Shown: piece after piece, positions 29,457 to 32,000 of the stretch
Layout: every line of letters starts with the position of its first letter
Numbering within the stretch: position 1 is the stretch's first letter
Source of the DNA: Desulfosarcina ovata subsp. ovata
Lineage (GTDB): Bacteria > Desulfobacterota > Desulfobacteria > Desulfobacterales > Desulfosarcinaceae
Direction: 5' to 3'
Length of the DNA stretch: 32,000 bases
Assembly: GCF_009689005.1 (NCBI RefSeq)
Contig: NZ_AP021879.1
Location: 5,209,724-5,241,723, forward strand
The notes under the pieces: generated by a model
What the model saw: only the letters and a program-made list of their open reading frames with translations
Told to the model about the DNA's origin: nothing
The model's database searches: none
Program-made: the position numbers and the translations under genes

Positions 29457-30601
29457 GGCCCGGCCTGAAGCGCGCTTCCGGGATCATTGGCCGCACCCCG
29501 CAGCGTGGTGAGAAAAACAGCGGCCAGATAGGGCAGCCCCACCATGGCGGTCATCTCCAGCAGGATCAGACCGGCGCCGTGGCCGTCCAGGGCCAGGGCG
29601 GGCAGGTGCGTTCCGCCCGTGATCCACATGGCCGTGACGCCGGCCAGGGGTGGCCAGAAAACCATCCCATAGGCCGTCGCCAGCCCGACCAGCAGTGCCG
29701 GCAGGGCAACGATGAGCGCCTTGAACAGTTGCATGCGGACGATATCGGCCGTTGTCCAGCCCATGGCTTTGAGCAGACCCTGGCGGGCCAGTTGACCCCG
29801 GTTTTCCGCGATCACGGCGGTGACGATCAACAGCAGGGCGAGCAGGCACGGAATCACGGCCAACATGGTGCTGGCGCCGGTTTGAACGGCGCGGGTGTGG
29901 TAGCGCAGGGCGCTGGTGCTGCGGTCGGTGATCCGGACGGGCCAGGGCATGGCGGCGGCCAGGTCGGCCTGGATGGCCTGTTCCTCTTCACGGCGGAACA
30001 GACGGACGGCCAGATCACTGGCCTGGCCGCTGGGGATGCCCAGCAGCCGCCGGGCGTCCTTTTCCGTCAGCCACACCAGATCAACGGTGGCCAGGCTGGT
30101 ATCGGGCGGGAACCGGCCGGTGATCTCAACTGCGATGGCGGCTCGGGCGGTCAGGGTCAGGCGGTTGCCGGGCAGCGTCGGCGATACGCCCTGGCCCACC
30201 ACCGCCTGACCGGCCGCCGGCGGCGCGATACCGTCCAACAGGGATGAGTCGGGGAGGCTGCCGGCGGTGACCACTGTTACCGGCCCCTCGGGGCCGCTGA
30301 CCACCCCCCACAGGCGCGGGGTCAGGCCGATTACGCCGGGAACGCCCCGGGCCGCGGATAAGCCGGTGTCGATCGGCAGCGAGGCCCAGCCACCGCTGTC
30401 GACCCGTCGCACCACCAGATCCGGTGCGTTTTGCATCAGACGGGCCCAGGTGGTATCCAGGGCCTGGCTGAACAGCAGGTGCGTGGCCGTGAGAAAAACC
30501 AGACTGGCCAGTGCGGCAAACAGCAGGAGGGCGCGGCCGGGATGACGCTGGATTTCCCGTGCGGCCCAGATGGCCATGGGCAGATGGCGGTTTGCCAGCA
30601 T
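29447..30601 (-). CDS. FtsX-like ABC transporter permease
   Basis: The start was moved to ATG 30601 (MLANRHLPMAIWAAREIQRHP...). The layout is a TM helix, a large periplasmic loop, then three C-terminal TM helices, typical of FtsX/MacB-type permeases. The upstream 109 codons of the listed ORF are Arg/Pro/Gly-rich. Confidence 0.8.
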   Translation of the reverse strand: MLANRHLPMAIWAAREIQRHPGRALLLFAALASLVFLTATHLLFSQALDTTWARLMQNAPDLVVRRVDSGGWASLPIDTGLSAARGVPGVIGLTPRLWGVVSGPEGPVTVVTAGSLPDSSLLDGIAPPAAGQAVVGQGVSPTLPGNRLTLTARAAIAVEITGRFPPDTSLATVDLVWLTEKDARRLLGIPSGQASDLAVRLFRREEEQAIQADLAAAMPWPVRITDRSTSALRYHTRAVQTGASTMLAVIPCLLALLLIVTAVIAENRGQLARQGLLKAMGWTTADIVRMQLFKALIVALPALLVGLATAYGMVFWPPLAGVTAMWITGGTHLPALALDGHGAGLILLEMTAMVGLPYLAAVFLTTLRGAANDPGSALQAGPWN

Positions 30602-30879
30602 CAGGGGGCCCCTTCCAGGCCGGCCATCGAACGCAGGGGAACCCCCGGATGGACGGTTTCCGGGTGCCTTGCCGGGCTGCCGGCATTCCACAGGGCGGGG
30701 CGGGAGAGGGCAAAGACGTGCATCCATCCTGCCGAGGGATCGTTTTCCGCCCGGAACCGGCCGGCTGCCAGATGAACCCCGATGATCAGAACGATCAGCA
30801 GGCTCGTCGCAGCGGCCATGATCAGCAGACGCCAGGCCAACCGGCATGGCGCGGGAGACGGGAAGGATGGGCCGGGCAC
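30601..30879 (-). CDS. Possible small membrane protein
   Basis: It begins with GTG immediately after the nosL stop. Its TGA overlaps the permease ATG (TGATG). It has one hydrophobic helix (WRLLIMAAATSLLIVLIIGV). The only evidence is this tight spacing with both neighbouring genes and the predicted TM helix. Confidence 0.35.
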   Translation of the reverse strand: MPGPSFPSPAPCRLAWRLLIMAAATSLLIVLIIGVHLAAGRFRAENDPSAGWMHVFALSRPALWNAGSPARHPETVHPGVPLRSMAGLEGAP

Positions 30880-31443
30880 TTACTCGGACCCTGCCGGCGG
30901 AAGGTCGCGGGTGCTGATCCGTCGCCACAGATCGTCGTTCAATTGATCAAATCTGAACACGGTTTTGCCATGGTGGCGTCGGTTGAAGGTGTCCAGCTGG
31001 CCGCTGTCCTCAAGGGCAACGATGGCCGGTCCCATGGGGCCGATCACATCGGAACCGGCCACCCAGACGGCGTTGCGCGCGTCAATGGGACGGCCGGAAA
31101 AATAGTCCCAGACCACCAGCCGGTCAATTTCGGAGCGGTCGCGGCCGAGGTACGCGCCCGGTCGCAGCCAGGTGCGCAGCAGGCAGCCGTTGCTGCAGAA
31201 GTAAAAGGTCTCCCCGCTGGTCAGGGTCATGGCCGCTGCCGAATCGGGTCGCCTGGCCGGAAACATGGCGCACACCGGACAACGGTCGGACGGGCTCATG
31301 ACCATCTGACCATCGGCGGAAAGGGCTTTTAACGCCGGTTTGGGGCCACCGGCCTCCGCTTCGGCGTTGCCGGCGGTCAGGACCCAGCAAAGGGCCAGCA
31401 GCAATGCGGCGATCCGACTGCTGTTTCCGGGTGAGTACTTCAA
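30880..31443 (-). CDS. nosL: NosL-family copper-chaperone-like lipoprotein
   Basis: Signal/lipobox-like N-terminus, then the NosL-type pattern CPVCAM...ETFYFCSNGC...GPMGPAIVA. TTG start with GAGGAGGTG SD. Confidence 0.75.
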   Translation of the reverse strand: MKYSPGNSSRIAALLLALCWVLTAGNAEAEAGGPKPALKALSADGQMVMSPSDRCPVCAMFPARRPDSAAAMTLTSGETFYFCSNGCLLRTWLRPGAYLGRDRSEIDRLVVWDYFSGRPIDARNAVWVAGSDVIGPMGPAIVALEDSGQLDTFNRRHHGKTVFRFDQLNDDLWRRISTRDLPPAGSE

Positions 31444-31562
31444 TCCGCACCTCCTCTTATTACGGACCCGTCAAAAGAGAATACCAATGTAAAAAGTTTT
31501 ATGCCAAACTGCAAGCGCCCAAGGGATGGGGGGCATTGTAACAAAAATAGGGCATGGGGGAG

Positions 31563-32000
31563 ATGATGACAACTTCTCTGGATCTGGTGGCGCTGTTCAT
31601 GCTGGGGCTTTTCGGCACCGGGCATTGCATCGGTATGTGCGGTCCCCTGGTGGTGGCCCTGCCCGGGCAGACGGGACGCTTCTCGGCCCATCTGGCCTAC
31701 CATGCCGGCCGCTTGATGACCTACACGATCATCGGTGGCCTGATGGGGGCGGCCGGCGGCGGGTTGCTCCGTCTGGCCGCCAGCGTTGGCGCCAGTCCCA
31801 TGGCGTGGGTGGGCCGGGGGCAGGTGGCCGTCAGCCTGCTGGCGGGCGTGTTACTGCTTTTTTTCGGTCTCTCTCGCCTGGGGCTGATCGCCGAGCCCGA
31901 CTGGCTGCGGATTGCCACACCCACCCGCATGCCCGGATGGCGGCGTCTGATCGCCAAGGCCGCCCACCGGCGCAGCAACCTGGACCTTCTGCTCATGGGG
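31563..32000 (+). CDS. DsbD_2 / TauE-like membrane protein (3' end beyond the window)
   Basis: This ORF is not in the supplied track because it has no stop codon in the window. ATG 31563 is preceded by GGGGGAG, and the frame stays open to base 32000. It has the motif GTGHCIGMCGP and several hydrophobic segments. It is divergent from nosL. Confidence 0.65.
   Translation, partial: MMTTSLDLVALFMLGLFGTGHCIGMCGPLVVALPGQTGRFSAHLAYHAGRLMTYTIIGGLMGAAGGGLLRLAASVGASPMAWVGRGQVAVSLLAGVLLLFFGLSRLGLIAEPDWLRIATPTRMPGWRRLIAKAAHRRSNLDLLLMG

Noticed and set aside
30602-30928. First 109 codons of the listed 493-aa permease ORF
   Set aside because: They are Arg/Pro/Gly-rich and overlap the nosL 3' end. A canonical FtsX-type N-terminus begins at ATG 30601.
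29342-31332. Plus-strand ORFs of 301 aa and 273 aa antisense to the permease and nosL
   Set aside because: These are Gly/Arg/Pro-rich antisense artefacts.

Overview
The window has two parts. Bases 1 to about 13,460 are a mosaic accessory region. Bases 13,466 to 32,000 are a GC-rich respiratory and metal-handling region, almost all on the minus strand.

Left part:
- A partial IS transposase that seems to have displaced the 3' end of a helical-repeat gene.
- A RAYT-type (HUH/Y1) transposase flanked by inverted REP-like palindromes. It is duplicated about 3.8 kb away together with the first 849 nt of the neighbouring gene.
- higBA and vapBC toxin-antitoxin pairs.
- An integron: an intI with the IntI-specific insertion and an extra N-terminal domain, a consensus promoter, a GTTAGGT attI-like core, and attC-like palindromes.
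- The intI-proximal cassette is an AT-rich 2TM-Macro plus TIR-like pair, resembling type II Thoeris. Its attC appears to be split by a class IIC group II intron.
- The whole integron is bracketed by 64-nt direct repeats of the 3' end of the adjacent P-type ATPase gene.

Right part:
- ccoI, ccoS, a cbb3 oxidase (ccoN, and ccoO fused to a cytochrome c domain) and an alternative complex III set (actB-C-D-F-A plus an actE-like gene).
- A nosL / FtsX-type ABC transporter / Cys-rich membrane protein operon.
- A partial DsbD_2-like gene.

The least explained signal is a family of five inverted-repeat (hairpin) elements in the larger intercistronic gaps of the respiratory gene string. Four have arms built from 7-nt periodic repeats. 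All five share inner junction motifs (GGYG.. and CCTT[CG]A-like). One carries a four-helix-bundle (23S-IVS/Avd-family) gene in its loop. Many long ORFs in the track are off-frame or antisense artefacts of high GC and were rejected.
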